64,000 nt of DNA from the sequence record MZ475895.1. One strand, written 5' to 3'. Positions 62,478 to 64,000 of the stretch are shown here, in pieces. Within the stretch, counting starts at the first letter, position 1; the number at the start of each line of letters is the position of its first letter. Made by a program: the position numbers and the translations under genes. The notes under the pieces were generated by a model, which was given only the letters and a program-made list of their open reading frames with translations, ran no database searches and had not been told where the DNA came from.

Positions 62478-63650
62478 TTAGGCGCCTGAAGTTGGAGCTG
62501 GGTCTGCCGCTTTGTAGCCACGCAGGAAGAAGACACGCATACCGGTGTTGTTCGGACTGTTAGCAGTCAGAGCTTTATAGGTACGCTTCTTCGGCGTAGT
62601 GCCATCGCTTTCCATCTCGTTGTACACCTGCACGTCGAGGTCGGTACCGTTCGATACAACGTCAGCAGACGCGTAACCAACAATATCCATCTCGTACGGG
62701 TAGCTGTAGCGCTGCGTGTTGAAGCCAGCAGGCAGACGGAAGTCGAAGTGGTTATCCTCAGAGAATGGAACCATCTGATATGGGTTGATAACCGCTGAGC
62801 AGTCAGCACTGTGCAGATGCGCAGGAGCTGGAGCAGTCGGCGCATTCACATCAGATTCACGCACGGTAAAGCGCATGAGCTGGTACGAACCTGGGCTGTA
62901 CGTGATAGGACGCACTTCGGTGTTGTTATCCGCAGCGCCGCCACCGTTAACGGTGAACATACAGAACAGAGGAGCTTTACCATCGACAACCACAGTACCA
63001 TCGCTGTTGATAGCACGCTGAACAACGAACCACGCAGCACGGCAGCCATCAGAGTCATGGCCTTCTGCCTGAATGTGAACAGCGAAGCCGTGCTCAGTCA
63101 GAGAGATGTGGTAAGTGAACGGCGTAGCTTCTGGGTCAGCGAAGATCAGACTGTCTGGGTTAGTCTGAGTTGGCGTGGTAACGTTCTGTGGGAACGCCAT
63201 AGTGCCGCTGTAGTACACGCTGTTTTGGTTAGCACCAGCAATACCACGATGCCAGAAGCATACTTCGGTATCACCAGTTGCACCCTGAGTACCAGTGAAG
63301 CGAGCACCAATCTGACCTGAATACTCAGGCATAGAGTTGGAGGTGGTACCAGTAGTGCCTGTCTTAGACACAGTGCCCGTGTCAGAGATCTGCGTAGGCG
63401 AAGCAACATAAAGCTGCGTGCGCTTATCAGTTCCCTTCATGGCCACACGCCATTTCTGCGTAGCAGCCAGCGGATCAATGGTATCAGTCGCTTCGATTAC
63501 GAAGGACGACAGGTCGGTAGAAGGCACAGTGGTTGCTGCCGTACCGTTGAAGCTGATCAGCTTAAAGCCATTAGCCAACAAATCATTCAGAATGTCTTTC
63601 CACATCTTCAGGTTGTTGGTGTAGCCTGATTTAACAATCAGTTTGTTCAT
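62478..63650 (-). CDS. Virion structural protein (abundant fibre/'hair' subunit candidate)
   Basis: 390 aa with strong codon bias. C-terminus INP.QMV...NTQRY.Y...D..GY.SADV...Y.AL.AN...N.GMR is shared with the upstream paralog. Confidence 0.7.
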   Translation of the reverse strand: MNKLIVKSGYTNNLKMWKDILNDLLANGFKLISFNGTAATTVPSTDLSSFVIEATDTIDPLAATQKWRVAMKGTDKRTQLYVASPTQISDTGTVSKTGTTGTTSNSMPEYSGQIGARFTGTQGATGDTEVCFWHRGIAGANQNSVYYSGTMAFPQNVTTPTQTNPDSLIFADPEATPFTYHISLTEHGFAVHIQAEGHDSDGCRAAWFVVQRAINSDGTVVVDGKAPLFCMFTVNGGGAADNNTEVRPITYSPGSYQLMRFTVRESDVNAPTAPAPAHLHSADCSAVINPYQMVPFSEDNHFDFRLPAGFNTQRYSYPYEMDIVGYASADVVSNGTDLDVQVYNEMESDGTTPKKRTYKALTANSPNNTGMRVFFLRGYKAADPAPTSGA

Positions 63651-63668
63651 GTTTCAAATCCCCTAAGA

Positions 63669-64000
63669 TTAAGCTGAATCGCCGGCAGCAACAGGAAGCA
63701 TCAGACGCATACCACGGTTGTCTTTACCGTTAGCGTTCATACCCTGATACACGGTCTTATCAGCAGCTTTCAGCGGGTTCAGTTGCACCTGAGAGCCAGA
63801 AGACAGCACGTCGGCAGAGGTGTAGCCCAGCATGTCCAGTGTAGCGAAGTACACGTAACGCTGAGTGTTAATCATCTGCGGGAACAGCACGATAGCGCGG
63901 TTACCTTCGGCAATCATAACCTGTTGCATTGGGTTGATGATTGGGCCGCAGTCAGCGCTTGCCTGTACAGCAGACACAGGAACGGTAGCAGCATAGATGC
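63669..64000 (-). CDS. Paralog of 62478..63650, 5'-partial
   Basis: Frame is open to the window edge (...IYAATVPVSAVQASADCGPIINPMQQV...NTQRYVYFATLDMLGYTSADV...NRGMRL). Confidence 0.75.
   Translation of the reverse strand, partial: IYAATVPVSAVQASADCGPIINPMQQVMIAEGNRAIVLFPQMINTQRYVYFATLDMLGYTSADVLSSGSQVQLNPLKAADKTVYQGMNANGKDNRGMRLMLPVAAGDSA

Noticed and set aside
1-64000. CRISPR array, diversity-generating retroelement, transposase or homing endonuclease
   Set aside because: No regularly spaced direct repeats, no reverse transcriptase or TR/VR pair, and no transposase or HNH/GIY-YIG/LAGLIDADG motifs were recognised. Visible repeats are all explained by coding low-complexity.

Overview
This window is 64 kb of a jumbo myovirus genome, with essentially every gene on the minus strand. 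Gene order and content resemble the 'hairy' Erwinia/Dickeya jumbo phages (Y3/Yoloswag/JA11/AD1-like); that assignment is inferred, not searched. It is the virion morphogenesis region. Read in transcription order (right to left), it holds: fibre-like structural paralogs, NAD-dependent DNA ligase, GT2-TPR glycosyltransferase, prohead protease, a zincin, an acidic scaffold, major capsid protein, neck, sheath and tubes, hub chaperones, tape measure with a muramidase domain, baseplate hub and spike, a Nudix-MmcB-Tmk insert, PAAR, baseplate wedge, and a long fibre cluster (collagen-like chains, ILEI domain, a Hint/intein domain). No tRNA, rRNA, CRISPR or transposase was recognised. Best unexplained signals: (1) an ~1 kb densely hairpinned non-coding locus (24.87-25.88 kb) bracketed by two terminators and followed by tiny coupled uORFs and a 53-aa membrane ORF; (2) a candidate late-promoter octamer, GCTAATTT, 24-43 nt upstream of six genes; (3) a mini-intein-like Hint domain ending a collagen fibre; (4) a recurring S-x-S(-A) motif at the N-termini of unrelated proteins and within the scaffold, a candidate head-protease cleavage or packaging signal. 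All annotations come from motif recognition by eye; no database searches or folding programs were run.
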